Assembly: GCA_963555815.3 (NCBI GenBank)
Contig: CAUVWX020000001.1
Location: 736,001-800,000 of the forward strand
DNA: 64,000 nucleotides
Source: a bacterium
GTDB lineage: Bacteria; UBA8248; JACPRG01; G963555815
Direction of reading: 5' to 3'
Below the pieces are notes generated by a model. It saw only the letters and a list, made by a program, of their open reading frames with translations. It did no database searches and had not been told where the DNA came from. This document shows positions 29,124 to 41,860 of this stretch, piece by piece; the stretch's first letter is position 1; each line of letters opens with the position of its first letter. The position numbers and the translations under genes were made by a program.

Positions 29124-29853
29124 CTACCAATGCAAGGAAACTCCCGCAACAAACGAATTGACCAAAAAGTCTTGGTCGTAGGATCCGACCTGATCTCCCA
29201 CGGCTATGCCACCCACACTGGTCTGAAGGGGAGTAGGAGCGTTCAAGTTGAAGTATGAAAATCTGTACGCCCCGAAAATGGCAATCTCTCCCAGACCGAA
29301 TTTCAGGAGAAAGAGCTTGGCTCCCGCCTCAGCTTGGACTCCCCCGGCGACCGAGGTGTCCTCTACCTTGAGCGTGAGTCCAGGAGTCACAGAGGCTTGT
29401 GATTCTTCTGTGATCGCCACAAAGAGCGCGCGGTCCAAAGCCGACATAGGGTTGAAACCTCCCACGGGGAAAGCCCACGCTCCCCAGAATACCGGGAAAA
29501 CGCACCAACGCGTTAAACCCAACTGTATAGACGTCTACGTCAACCCGGGTGCTCCCGTTGGAGAGCACCAGATCAGGGGCCATATACCCGGCGTCCATCT
29601 CCGCCCCAAACTAGGGGAGGGCTTCGAACCAGAAGCCGACCTTCTCGCCGAAGATCGCCGTCTCATCGGGTTGAGTGGCCCCAAGGGTGACCGTGAAGTC
29701 ACCTCCCTCCACCGGGGAGCGCGCCTCGTCCGTGAGGATACCGTAACCGCCATAAGCTGCAATGAACGGCTCTGCAGAGGCTGGCGGAGTGTAAAAGAGG
29801 AGACTCGCCGCTATAAAGAATGCTGCAATGAGCCCACTCACCCATTTTTTCAT
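29124..29853 (-). pseudogene. outer-membrane beta-barrel (OmpA-like porin) with in-frame TAG at 29611-29613 and a frameshift near 29430
   Basis: signal peptide; KVGFWFEALP*FGAEMD; GRFQPYVGFGP then shift to ALFVA..GVQAEAGAK..YRF..GVSLHW (terminal aromatic). Confidence 0.8.
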
Positions 29854-29997
29854 GAGAGATCCTCCTCAGTCCTTGGGTGATTTCAACACCGGCTTATAAA
29901 GAACCATCACCATTTTAGTCGGTGGAGCAAATCAGGTCGAGGAGTTTCCCCCTGCGGCCACGTCAGATCCGTTGAAAAGTTAGAGATCGAAAAATCC

Positions 29998-30093
29998 TGG
30001 CGGAAGCGCGTGGGAGTCGAACCCACCGCCCGGGGTTTAGACCGGGACGCTGGATTTGAAGTCCAGGAGGGCCACCGGGTCCTATGCGCTTCC
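29998..30093 (-). tRNA. selC: tRNA-Sec (UCA)
   Basis: GGAAGCGC/GCGCTTCC 8-bp acceptor stem, CTGGACTTCAAATCCAG anticodon arm, long variable arm, GTTCGACTCCC, GCCA end. Confidence 0.95.
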
Positions 30094-30271
30094 CCTCATC
30101 TCTTCAATTGCGCTGAAAATTGTGAAACAAGGTATCACGTGGGACAGCCTCTCGCAAGCCGATCGGATTTTCTTATACTACGAATCACGCGGGATTTCAG
30201 GACAGGGGATCCGAGAGTCTAAGCGGCCTTCTCGGTGGCTGTGGGAAGGGACGCGAGTCTTGGGTGGGCCC

Positions 30272-30967
30272 TTAACGCACATCCGGGTAGAGGCGCTTAA
30301 GTATTCTGGGGGAGACCCCGACGAGATGGCCCAGGGTCACAGCCCACATGATTATGAGCGTCCGCCCTACCCCCATCCTGTCCCACCGCCGACTTGAACT
30401 CGCGACGTGGGCGGAAAGGAGCCTCACCTTTCCCCTTCGCCTCAGGCGCGTCATCAGGTCCGCGTCCTCCAGTATCTCCAACTCCCGGTACCCCCCCAGG
30501 GCCAAGAAATCCTCCTGGCGGATGAATGGGGCCTGGTCCCCGTAGATGGTGCCGAGCCAGCGGGCCCTCTGGTTTGCGAAAAAGGACAGGGCACCGTAGA
30601 AGAGGCCGGGCTTATCGAGCTTGATACGAAAGGCGCCTCCGACAGTTCGGGGGTCCTGAAGGGTTTTGCGAATCTGGGAGAAGGCGTTTGAGGGGAGGAG
30701 GGTATCGGCGTGGAGGAAGAGGAGGACATCTCCCTTTGCATGGCGGGCTCCGGTGTTCATCTGGGATGCGCGGCCACGGGACGCCGTGAGGACCTTGGCG
30801 AAGGGGGATGCCTCCTTACGGCTTCTGTCCTCGCTCCCCCCGTCGACGACGATGACCTCCTGCCCTTTGTCAAGGTCCTGGAGGTGGCCGAGCGTCCGCG
30901 CAATCGTCTTCTCCTCGTTCAGGATGGGGACGATGATGGAAATGACCCCTTCAGACGATGTGGGCAT
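30272..30967 (-). CDS. GT2 glycosyltransferase, TIGR04283 (rSAM/selenodomain-associated) type
   Basis: ISIIVPILNE, VDGGS, GRASQMNTGA, LFLHADT, YGDQ, LED, SSRRW. Confidence 0.88.
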   Translation of the reverse strand: MPTSSEGVISIIVPILNEEKTIARTLGHLQDLDKGQEVIVVDGGSEDRSRKEASPFAKVLTASRGRASQMNTGARHAKGDVLLFLHADTLLPSNAFSQIRKTLQDPRTVGGAFRIKLDKPGLFYGALSFFANQRARWLGTIYGDQAPFIRQEDFLALGGYRELEILEDADLMTRLRRRGKVRLLSAHVASSSRRWDRMGVGRTLIIMWAVTLGHLVGVSPRILKRLYPDVR

Positions 30968-31099
30968 CAGGAGACCCCGTTTGGTTTTTTCCCATGCGGC
31001 TTCACAAGATTCAGGGAAGCGTTGACATCTCCGGTGCGATGGTGAGCCTGGTCATGCCAGCAGGAGAAGCGGGACAACACGTTGGACCTATCTTCTTTA

Positions 31100-31990
31100 T
31101 CAGCCGCTCTTCAGGAGGAAGGCGTGGAACGCCTGGCAGATGGGGGTCCGGTAGCGGACCTTGTGGTGGGCGATATAAAAATATCGAGTCAGGGAGGCCC
31201 CTGCGATGGCCACCTCCTTGAGCAGCCCCATCTCCAGATCACTCCTCACGGCGAACCGGGAGATGATAGAGGTTCCCACTCCCGCCTTGACGCCCTCCCG
31301 GACGGCCTCACTGCTCCCCATCTCGGCCACCACCTGAAGGCGGCGGGCATCCAGGCCCAGATCTTGAAGCTTCTCCTCCATCGTCCTTCGGGAGCCCGAT
31401 CCCTCCTCTCGCAGGATGAAGGGGTGGTCCGTCAGGTTCCGGACACCCACTTTCCCTTTGGCCGCCCAGGGATGTTGGGGGTGGACGACCAGGATCAGCT
31501 CATCCTCTCGGAAGGTCTCGAAGACGAGATGGGCCTCATCCATCCGGGCCCCGACGACGCCAAGCTCGATCTTTCCCTCCAGGACCCCATGGCAGATGGA
31601 GGCCGAGTCGCCGATCTGAAGGCTGATGCCCACGTGGGGATGGCGCCTCTTGAACTCGCCGATGAGGGGTGGGAGGAGATATTCCCCTGGAATGGTGCTC
31701 CCCCCCAGTCGCAGGGTCCCCTTCATGGCCCCGGTGAACTGCTGAAGGGCCTGGATAGCTTCTTGGCGAAGCGCCAGGATCTGGTGAGCGTAATCGTAAA
31801 GGATCTTCCCCGCCTGGGTGAGGGCCACCTCCCGGCCCAGGCGGTCAAAGAGGCGAAGGCCAAAGGCGTCCTCCAGGGACTTGATGTGACCGCTGGCGGT
31901 CGGTTGGGTCAGGGAGATGGCTTCGGCCGCCTTGGAGAAGCTCTTGAGGTCGGCGACCTTGCAGAAGAGCTCAAGCTGGCGGATGTCCAT
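31100..31990 (-). CDS. LysR-family regulator (CysL/selenium-metabolism-associated type)
   Basis: SFSKAA..LTQPTAS.HIKSLE, GGSTIPGEYLLP, REEGSGSR; adjacent to the selC locus. Confidence 0.9.
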   Translation of the reverse strand: MDIRQLELFCKVADLKSFSKAAEAISLTQPTASGHIKSLEDAFGLRLFDRLGREVALTQAGKILYDYAHQILALRQEAIQALQQFTGAMKGTLRLGGSTIPGEYLLPPLIGEFKRRHPHVGISLQIGDSASICHGVLEGKIELGVVGARMDEAHLVFETFREDELILVVHPQHPWAAKGKVGVRNLTDHPFILREEGSGSRRTMEEKLQDLGLDARRLQVVAEMGSSEAVREGVKAGVGTSIISRFAVRSDLEMGLLKEVAIAGASLTRYFYIAHHKVRYRTPICQAFHAFLLKSG

Positions 31991-32078
31991 GAGTCACTTC
32001 CGGCCTAAATAAAGGGAATCAGCGTTCTTCGCCAGTATAGCAAACGTACTTTTGGCTTGATAGATAGTAGAGAGGGGG

Positions 32079-32107
32079 TTGACGGCATAGAGCCGGTCGA
32101 CTAGAGT
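32079..32107 (+). promoter_or_regulatory. sigma70 promoter of the atp operon
   Basis: TTGACG-N17-TAGAGT. Confidence 0.65.
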
Positions 32108-32187
32108 GAGGGACTTTGAGAATCTCGTTTTCCTGCTTTTAAGGGGTCCTAGAAAGGCCAAAATCCCTCTGTAGGAAGGGCCCTTTT

Positions 32188-32619
32188 GTGATCGATCTGA
32201 ACTTCACAGTTTTCATCCAGTTTCTGAATTTCCTCGTCCTCCTCCTACTCCTGAACCGTTTTCTCTACCGGCCTATCCTGAAACGGATGGATGAACGGAG
32301 GGAAAAGATTGAGGGAAACCTGGAGAGCGCTGCCGCCGACCGGGAAGCCGCACAAAAGCGCCTTGGGCAGTATGAGGTGGCCATCGCAAAGGTCAAGCGG
32401 GAGGGGGTCGACGCCCTCTTTGAGGCCCAGCGACAGGCCGGGGAAGAGGCAAGGCGGATGGTGGAAGGGCAGCGGGAGGAGGCCAATCTCCTTGTCGAGA
32501 GGACAAGGAAGCAAATAGAGAAACAGGGGGCCCTCGCCAACGAGGGTCTCGCCAAGGAGGCCCGCGGCCTTGCCGCTCTCATCACGCGCCAGGTGGCGGG
32601 AAGGACGATCCGTGTCTAA
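32188..32619 (+). CDS. atpF: ATP synthase F0 subunit b'
   Basis: IDLNFTVFIQFLNFLVL..LNRFLYRPI..MDERREKI. Confidence 0.9.
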   Translation: MIDLNFTVFIQFLNFLVLLLLLNRFLYRPILKRMDERREKIEGNLESAAADREAAQKRLGQYEVAIAKVKREGVDALFEAQRQAGEEARRMVEGQREEANLLVERTRKQIEKQGALANEGLAKEARGLAALITRQVAGRTIRV

Positions 32620-33199
32620 AGGTCTAAGGAAAACAGCGGTGGTCCTTCTCCTTGGGATCGCCCTCCTGGGTATCCCTCTCTTGGCCGCCGCGGCCGAGGA
32701 AGGGGTCCACCACCGTGTCTTTGATTTCTGGACAGAGTTCTCTCGAGTCATCAATTTTCTGATCGTGGTGGTCCTGCTCTACTTCCTTCTGAGAAAGCCC
32801 CTTCGGCGGGCAATGGCAGACCGTCGCGAGAGGCTCGTCAAGGCCATGGGCGATGCTGAGGAATCGAGGGCAGAGGCAAAAAGACTCCTGGAGGAATACA
32901 CCGAGAGGACAGCCCGCCTGGAGCAAGAGCTTTCGGCCCTTCGGGCCACCGCTGAGGAGGAGCGCCGTTCCCTTCAGGGGCGTATCCTGGAGGAGGCCCG
33001 GGAGGTGACCCAGCGGGTGATGGAGCAGGCTCGCTTGACCATCGATCAGGAGGCCAAGAAGGCCGAGCAACGGCTCAAGGAGAAGGCCGCTTCCCTGGCC
33101 CTGGAGTTGGCCGAGGAGGCCCTGAAGAGGGAGCTTGGGCCCGATGATCAGCGGCGCTTTCTTAAAGAGTACGTCTCGAAGCTGGGAGACCTGAATTGA
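32612..33199 (+). CDS. atpF: ATP synthase F0 subunit b (with N-terminal extension)
   Basis: RVINFLIVVVLLYFLLRKPL followed by a coiled coil. Confidence 0.9.
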   Translation: MSKGLRKTAVVLLLGIALLGIPLLAAAAEEGVHHRVFDFWTEFSRVINFLIVVVLLYFLLRKPLRRAMADRRERLVKAMGDAEESRAEAKRLLEEYTERTARLEQELSALRATAEEERRSLQGRILEEAREVTQRVMEQARLTIDQEAKKAEQRLKEKAASLALELAEEALKRELGPDDQRRFLKEYVSKLGDLN

Positions 33200-33738
33200 T
33201 CGGGCAAAAAGTGGCCCGGCGGTACGCAAAGGCCTTGGTGGAGCTCGCGGAGAAGGAGGGGCGCCTCGATGAGGTGGGCGAGGAGCTTGGACAGATGGTC
33301 TCGGCCCTCTCTGAGAGTGAAGAGCTCCAACACCTCCTTCTGAACCCTGCTGTCGCAAAAAACCTGAAGCGCGGCATCTTGAAAGAGCTCACCTCACATC
33401 TGTCCTTCTCGAGCTTGATGGTGAAGTTCTTGAACATCCTTTTAGACAAAGGGCGGATGGGGAACCTCGAAGGCATCTTTCGCGTCTATCAGGACCTCGC
33501 CGACGGCCTTCGCAACCAGGTCCGGGCCAAGGTCCGGTCTGCCTTCGCTCTCTCGCCCCAGGAGGAGGAGGTCCTTAGGCGGCGTCTTTCTGAGTGCATG
33601 GGGAAGGCGGTTATCCTGGAGGTTGAGACGGACCCAGGCCTCCTCGGGGGGCTTTCGACTCAGGTGGGGAGTTCAGTCTGGGACGGAAGCGTTCGAAAGG
33701 GTCTAGAAAACCTCCGAGGGCGGCTCGTGCGCCGGTAA
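33196..33738 (+). CDS. atpH: ATP synthase delta
   Basis: [26 protein letters not shown]. Confidence 0.93.
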   Translation: MIGQKVARRYAKALVELAEKEGRLDEVGEELGQMVSALSESEELQHLLLNPAVAKNLKRGILKELTSHLSFSSLMVKFLNILLDKGRMGNLEGIFRVYQDLADGLRNQVRAKVRSAFALSPQEEEVLRRRLSECMGKAVILEVETDPGLLGGLSTQVGSSVWDGSVRKGLENLRGRLVRR

Positions 33739-33769
33739 AAGGAAGAAAATCCCTTCACGTGGGGAAATC

Positions 33770-35296
33770 ATGGAAATTCGGGCGGAAGAGATCAGCGAGA
33801 TCATCAAAAAACAGATCGAGGGCTATGAGGCCAGCGTTGAGTTCTCAGAGGTGGGGCAGGTCATCACCGTGGGAGACGGGATCGCCCGGGTCTACGGCCT
33901 TGAGAAGGTGATGTATGGGGAGCTCCTGACCTTCCCCGGCGAAATTCTTGGGATGGCCCTCAACCTGGAGGAGGACAACGTGGGGGCAGTCCTCCTGGGA
34001 GCGGACACCCGGATCAAGGAGGGGGATGAGGTCAAGCGGACGGGCCGGATCATGGAGGTCCCCGTGGGGGACGCCCTGGTGGGCCGGGTGGTAAACCCTG
34101 TGGGCCAACCTCTGGACGGGAAAGGACCCATCGAGACATCGACCTTTGGCCCCATCGAGCGTCTCGCCCCGGGCGTGGTGGACCGTCTACCCGTCAACCA
34201 GCCCTTGCAGACAGGCGTCAAAGCGATTGACTCCATGATCCCCATCGGTCGGGGTCAGCGGGAGCTTATCATCGGAGACCGCGGGACCGGAAAGACCGCC
34301 CTCATCCTGGACACCATCCTGAGCCAGAAGGACACCGGTGTCGTCTGCATTTACGTCGCCATTGGACAGAAACGATCCACCGTGACCCAGGTCGTGAAGA
34401 AGCTGGAGGAGGAGGGGGCGTTGGGCTACACCATCATTGTCTTGGCGACGGCCAGCGAACCCGCTCCTCTCCTCTACATCGCCCCCTTCGCCGGGTGTGC
34501 CATGGGCGAATATTTTCGAGACAACGGCCGCCACGCCGTCGTCTTTTATGACGACCTCTCCAAGCAGGCCGCGGCCTATCGACAGCTCTCCCTCCTTCTC
34601 AGGCGCCCCCCGGGCCGTGAGGCCTATCCTGGGGACGTCTTCTATCTTCACTCGAGGCTCCTGGAGCGGGCCGCAAAGCTGAGCGACAGCTTGGGGGGAG
34701 GCTCCCTCACGGCCATCCCCGTGATTGAGACCCAGGCGGGGGACGTCGCGGCCTATATTCCGACGAACGTCATCTCCATCACGGACGGCCAGATCTATCT
34801 CGAGTCAGACCTCTTCTATTCGGGTATCCGGCCCGCCATCAACGTGGGCCTCTCGGTCTCCCGGGTGGGGGGCGCGGCCCAGAACAAGGCCATGAAGCAG
34901 GTGGCGGGCCGCCTTCGCCTCGACCTCGCCCAGTACCGGGAGATGGCCGCCTTCTCCCAGTTCGGGAGCGAGCTGGACGCGGCGACCCAGGCTCAGCTCG
35001 CCCTGGGAGAACGCTTGGTAGAGATTTTGAAACAGGACCAGTATGTTCCCCAGGCCGTCGAGAAGCAGGTGATGAGCATCTACCTGGGGGTGAACGGACA
35101 TCTCGACGATGTCCCCGTCGAACGCTGCCTAGAGTTTGAAAGGCGCTTTCTAGAATACATAGAGACCTGCCGTGGGGAGGTCGGAAAGGTCATCCGGGAG
35201 GAGAAGGAGATTTCCCCCGAGACGGATCAGGCCCTTCAGCAGGCGATCTCCGACTTTAAGGAAGAGTTCAAGGCTGCCGAGTCGGCAAAGGGTTGA
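33770..35296 (+). CDS. atpA: ATP synthase alpha
   Basis: [41 protein letters not shown]. Confidence 0.98.
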   Translation: MEIRAEEISEIIKKQIEGYEASVEFSEVGQVITVGDGIARVYGLEKVMYGELLTFPGEILGMALNLEEDNVGAVLLGADTRIKEGDEVKRTGRIMEVPVGDALVGRVVNPVGQPLDGKGPIETSTFGPIERLAPGVVDRLPVNQPLQTGVKAIDSMIPIGRGQRELIIGDRGTGKTALILDTILSQKDTGVVCIYVAIGQKRSTVTQVVKKLEEEGALGYTIIVLATASEPAPLLYIAPFAGCAMGEYFRDNGRHAVVFYDDLSKQAAAYRQLSLLLRRPPGREAYPGDVFYLHSRLLERAAKLSDSLGGGSLTAIPVIETQAGDVAAYIPTNVISITDGQIYLESDLFYSGIRPAINVGLSVSRVGGAAQNKAMKQVAGRLRLDLAQYREMAAFSQFGSELDAATQAQLALGERLVEILKQDQYVPQAVEKQVMSIYLGVNGHLDDVPVERCLEFERRFLEYIETCRGEVGKVIREEKEISPETDQALQQAISDFKEEFKAAESAKG

Positions 35297-35312
35297 TTAG
35301 CCAGGAGGCGCA

Positions 35313-36194
35313 ATGGCGACCCTTCGGGTCATCCGACGACGGATCACCAGTGTCAGGAAGACCCAGCAAGTGACCCGGGCCATGAAGTTTGTGGCGGCGA
35401 CGAAGCTCCGCCGGGCCCAACAGCGCATTACCAACGCCCGCCCCCATGCCGACAAGATGGCGGAGGTGGCGGCGAGCCTTGCCCGGCGGACAGATCCCGC
35501 CAGGCACCCCCTCCTTGTGGCCCGGCCCGTGCGGCGCCTTTTGTTGGTCCCGGTGACCTCTGACAAAGGCCTCTGTGGCGCCTATAACGCCAACGTGCTG
35601 AGATCTACCCTCGACCTTATTCAAAGCCGAAGCGAGCAGGCAGAGGTGCTGGCCGTCTCCGTCGTCGCCATCGGGAAAAAAGGGCGGGACCTCTTCGCCT
35701 ATCGCAGGATGGAGATCGAGCGGGAGTTCATCGGGTACTATGGCCACGTGGAGTATGCCCTGGCGACCGAGATCGCAGATTACCTCATCGAGGCCTTTCA
35801 GGAGAGGCGGGCCGACGAGGTGACCTTCATCTATAATAAGTTCCTATCGGCCGTCCAGCAGTGCGTGACCATAGAGCCCATCCTTCCCCTCAGACTCCTG
35901 GCCCCCCAGGAGGAGACCGCTGGCGTCGAGGAGGAGGACTTTCTCTACGAGCCCTCTGTGGACGGTGTCCTCTCGGGTCTCCTCCCTCGCCACCTCTACA
36001 CCCAGGTCTTTCGGATCCTCCTCGATGCCGATGCCAGCGAGCACGGGGCCCGCATGGTGGCTATGGACAACGCGACGAATAACGCCTCGGACATGATCAC
36101 TGACCTCACTCGCCGCTTGAACAGGACTCGTCAGGCCGCCATCACTAGGGAGCTTATCGAGGTAGTCAGCGGGGCGGATGCCCTGCGGGGGTGA
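35313..36194 (+). CDS. atpG: ATP synthase gamma
   Basis: TRAMKFVAATK, DKGLCGAYN, SEHGARMVAM, RQAAITREL. Confidence 0.97.
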   Translation: MATLRVIRRRITSVRKTQQVTRAMKFVAATKLRRAQQRITNARPHADKMAEVAASLARRTDPARHPLLVARPVRRLLLVPVTSDKGLCGAYNANVLRSTLDLIQSRSEQAEVLAVSVVAIGKKGRDLFAYRRMEIEREFIGYYGHVEYALATEIADYLIEAFQERRADEVTFIYNKFLSAVQQCVTIEPILPLRLLAPQEETAGVEEEDFLYEPSVDGVLSGLLPRHLYTQVFRILLDADASEHGARMVAMDNATNNASDMITDLTRRLNRTRQAAITRELIEVVSGADALRG

Positions 36195-36206
36195 CACGCA
36201 AGATAG

Positions 36207-37655
<1,449 letters not shown>

Positions 37656-37673
37656 CCCGGGAAAGCGAAGAAG

Positions 37674-38096
37674 ATGACGACCGAGGGACCACAAAAAGTA
37701 CGCCTGGAGGTTGTAACCCCAGAGCGCCTTCTTCTCTCCGAGGAGGTGGACATGGTGAGCGCCCCCGGGGCGCTGGGGGAGTTTGGCGTCCTCCCCTTTC
37801 ACACCCCTCTTCTGACGACCCTGGACATCGGTGAGGTTGTGTATCGAAAGGGAGAGAAGACACACCACCTGGCCCTCAGTTGGGGCTACGCCGAGGTTGG
37901 GCCCGAGAAGGTGACCATCCTGGCGGAGGTGGCTGAGAAGGCGGAGGAGATTGACTTGAAAAGGGCTGAGGTGGCTGAGGGGCGTGCTCTGAAGCGTCTC
38001 AGAGAGCAGCAAGGCCCAGTCGATATCGAAAGGGCTCGGGTGGCCCTGGAAAGGGCGCGCGTGCGCCTTCGGGTTGCGAGAAAGGACTCTAAATGA
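37674..38096 (+). CDS. atpC: ATP synthase epsilon
   Basis: LEVVTPE, GEFGVLPFHTP, AEKAEEID. Confidence 0.95.
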   Translation: MTTEGPQKVRLEVVTPERLLLSEEVDMVSAPGALGEFGVLPFHTPLLTTLDIGEVVYRKGEKTHHLALSWGYAEVGPEKVTILAEVAEKAEEIDLKRAEVAEGRALKRLREQQGPVDIERARVALERARVRLRVARKDSK

Positions 38097-38193
38097 TTCA
38101 GGCGGCCCATATTCAGCCAAGCGTCGGAGGAGAAAGATCGGGCCGCATTTTTCACGGGAGGAGGGGGGACGGCCCCCTTGGAAGAGCTGGGGA

Positions 38194-39048
38194 ATGAAGG
38201 TCCGAGTCGGGCTCAGCCAGATTAGCCCCACCTTAGGGGACCTGGATCGCAATATTGAGATCTTCCGAAAGGCCGTGGCGCAGGCGCAGGAGAAGGGGCT
38301 AGAGCTCCTCATCTTTCCCGAGCTTGGCCTGACGGGCTATTTCCTCAAGGACATGGTCCCGGCGGTGGCCCAGTTACGGAGCTCCCGTCTCTTGAAGGAG
38401 ATGAAGGCCATCAGTCAAAAACTCTCTCTGGTGGTGGGGCTGGTTGAAGAGTCTCGGGATCATTGTTTCTATAATTCGGCCTTTTATCTTGAAGGAGGGG
38501 AGATCCTTCACATCCACCGAAAGCTCTATCTCCCCACATACGGGATGTTCGACGAGCAACGCTACCTTGCCCGGGGTAAAAAGGTCCGGGCCTTTGAGAC
38601 CCGGTTCGGGCGGGCCTGCATGCTCATTTGCGAGGACGCTTGGCATCCATCTACCGTCTACGTCGCCTCCCAGGACGGGGCGGAACTCCTCTTCATCCCG
38701 TCCTCCAGCCCGGGGCGGGGAGTGGAAGGCGGGCACGATCTCGCCATCACCCGGACCTGGGAAGGCATGAACCGCATCTATGCGCTGCTCTTCTCCCAGT
38801 TCTGCTTCTTCGTCAACCGCGTCGGATATGAGGACGGCGTGAGTTTTTGGGGGGGGTCCGAGGTCGTTGACCCTAAGGGGGAGGTCCAGGCCAAGGGGCC
38901 TTACTTCGATGAGGCCTTCGTCGAGGCCGAGATCGATCTTCAGGAAGTCCGCCGAGCGCGCATCAGCTCTCCTACCCTGAGGGACGAGGACCTTGGCCTG
39001 ACCATCCGGGAGCTTCAGCGAATCAGAAAGGCCCAAGAGGCCACCTGA
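38194..39048 (+). CDS. carbon-nitrogen hydrolase (nitrilase family; NAD-synthetase glutaminase-like)
   Basis: triad FPE / HRKLYLPTYGMFDEQRY / ICEDAWH; FWGGS. Confidence 0.9.
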   Translation: MKVRVGLSQISPTLGDLDRNIEIFRKAVAQAQEKGLELLIFPELGLTGYFLKDMVPAVAQLRSSRLLKEMKAISQKLSLVVGLVEESRDHCFYNSAFYLEGGEILHIHRKLYLPTYGMFDEQRYLARGKKVRAFETRFGRACMLICEDAWHPSTVYVASQDGAELLFIPSSSPGRGVEGGHDLAITRTWEGMNRIYALLFSQFCFFVNRVGYEDGVSFWGGSEVVDPKGEVQAKGPYFDEAFVEAEIDLQEVRRARISSPTLRDEDLGLTIRELQRIRKAQEAT

Positions 39049-39104
39049 GCTTCCCCCCTTGTCGGGACTGTCCGCAAACAGGCGCTCAGTCCTCTGTACA
39101 TTAG

Positions 39105-40415
<1,311 letters not shown>

Positions 40416-40460
40416 GGCCGCGTGAAATACCGCCTTCATCCTTCCGGGTGGAGATAAGTT

Positions 40461-41799
40461 TTGGCCGTTGAAGAGTCCCGCCTTCGCCAGGATCTCCTGG
40501 GAATTTTTCACCATGCCCTTCAGGCCGTTGATTCCCTTCAGCTCATCAAACGCTCGCTGCGCCTTGAAGGCACGAGACTCCTCTTGGGAGGGGAGAGGGA
40601 TCTGGACGTCGGTCATTTCTCGCGCGTCTATGTCGTTGGGGCGGGAAAGGCGGGGGCGAAGATGGCCCTGGGGCTTGAGGAGATTTTGCCCGGCCGGATC
40701 GACCAGGGCTTTATCAACGTCAAGTACGGCCACGCTTTTCCCCTTGAAATCGTTCGGCTTCAAGAGGCGGGACACCCCATCCCAGACGAAAATGGGGTGC
40801 AAGGTGTCAACGAGATGGTTCAGATCCTCGATGGCGCCTCCGAAAAAGATCTTGTTTTCTGTCTCCTCTCAGGGGGAGGCTCGGCCCTTCTCCCCCTTCC
40901 TGCCGCGGGCCTCAACCTGGACCACAAGAAAGAGGCGACTCGTATCCTCCTTGAGTGCGGGGCCGACATTGAGGAGGTGAACACCGTCCGAAAACACCTC
41001 TCGGCCATCAAGGGGGGGCACCTCGCTCGCCGGGCTCAACCCGGCCACCCTCGTCTCTCTCATCCTCTCTGACGTCATCGGAGACCGTCTGGACTCCATC
41101 GCCTCGGGCCCGGCGGTGCCAGACCCAACGACCTTCGCCGACTGTCTCAGCGTGATGAAGCGGTATGGGATCAGACATAAATTCCCGCGGCCCGTGGTTT
41201 CGCATTTGGAAAAAGGGGCCCGGGGAGAGCTACCCGAGACCCCGAAGGTGGGAGACCCTGCTTTCGGGCGGACGACGAATCTCACCGTCGGCAATAATCA
41301 CCTGGCGGTTCAGGCGGCGGCGGAGCAGGCAAAAACTCTTGGCTACCAAGTCCTCACCCTCTCTACTCAGATGGAGGGCGAGGCCCGCGAGGTCGCCAAG
41401 ATGTATGCCGATATTGCCAAGAAGATCCGGGAAAGGGGTCAACCCCTTCGTCCCCCGGCGTGTGTCCTGAGTGGTGGTGAGACGACCGTCACACTTCGCG
41501 GAGGGGGAAAGGGTGGAAGGAATCAGGAGTTGGTCCTGGCGGCGGCGCTAGGGGTGGCGGGACTTGAGGGAGTTGCCCTCCTGAGCGGAGGGACGGATGG
41601 GACGGATGGCCCGACCGACGCCGCCGGCGCCCTCGCGGACGGGAGAACGATCCAAAGATCTGCCGGTGCCGGACTCGACGCCAGGGCGCACCTTCAAAAT
41701 AATGATGCCTATCCCTTCTTTGAACGGCTCGGAGACCTTCTCGTCACAGGCCCCACCCTCACCAATGTCATGGACCTCCATATCTTTCTCGTCGGCTGA
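40461..41799 (+). pseudogene. glycerate 2-kinase (DUF4147+MOFRL); +1 frameshift near 41040
   Basis: GAGKA, AGHP.PD, LSGGGSAL, RKHLSAIKGG; after the shift ATLVSLILSDVIGD..IASGP, GGETTV, GGRNQE, TDGTDG, TGPTLTNVMD. The extra C in CAACCCGG may be a sequencing error. Confidence 0.88.
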
Positions 41800-41811
41800 C
41801 AAGGGGGTGCA

Positions 41812-41845
41812 GAGGGCCCGAAAGGATAAAACCTTTCGGGCCCTC
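41812..41845. terminator. hairpin between convergent genes
   Basis: GAGGGCCCGAAAGG-ATAAAA-CCTTTCGGGCCCTC perfect 14-bp stem. Confidence 0.75.
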
Positions 41846-41860
41846 GTGTGTGTAGGTTGA

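Noticed and set aside
30010..30222. ORFs over tRNA genes (30010-30222, 52216-52410)
   Set aside because: Shadows of tRNA-Sec and tRNA-Asp.
38194..39048. Stand-alone NAD-synthetase-like glutaminase lacking an adjacent nadE
   Set aside because: Split or dispersed arrangements are common; nadE may lie elsewhere.
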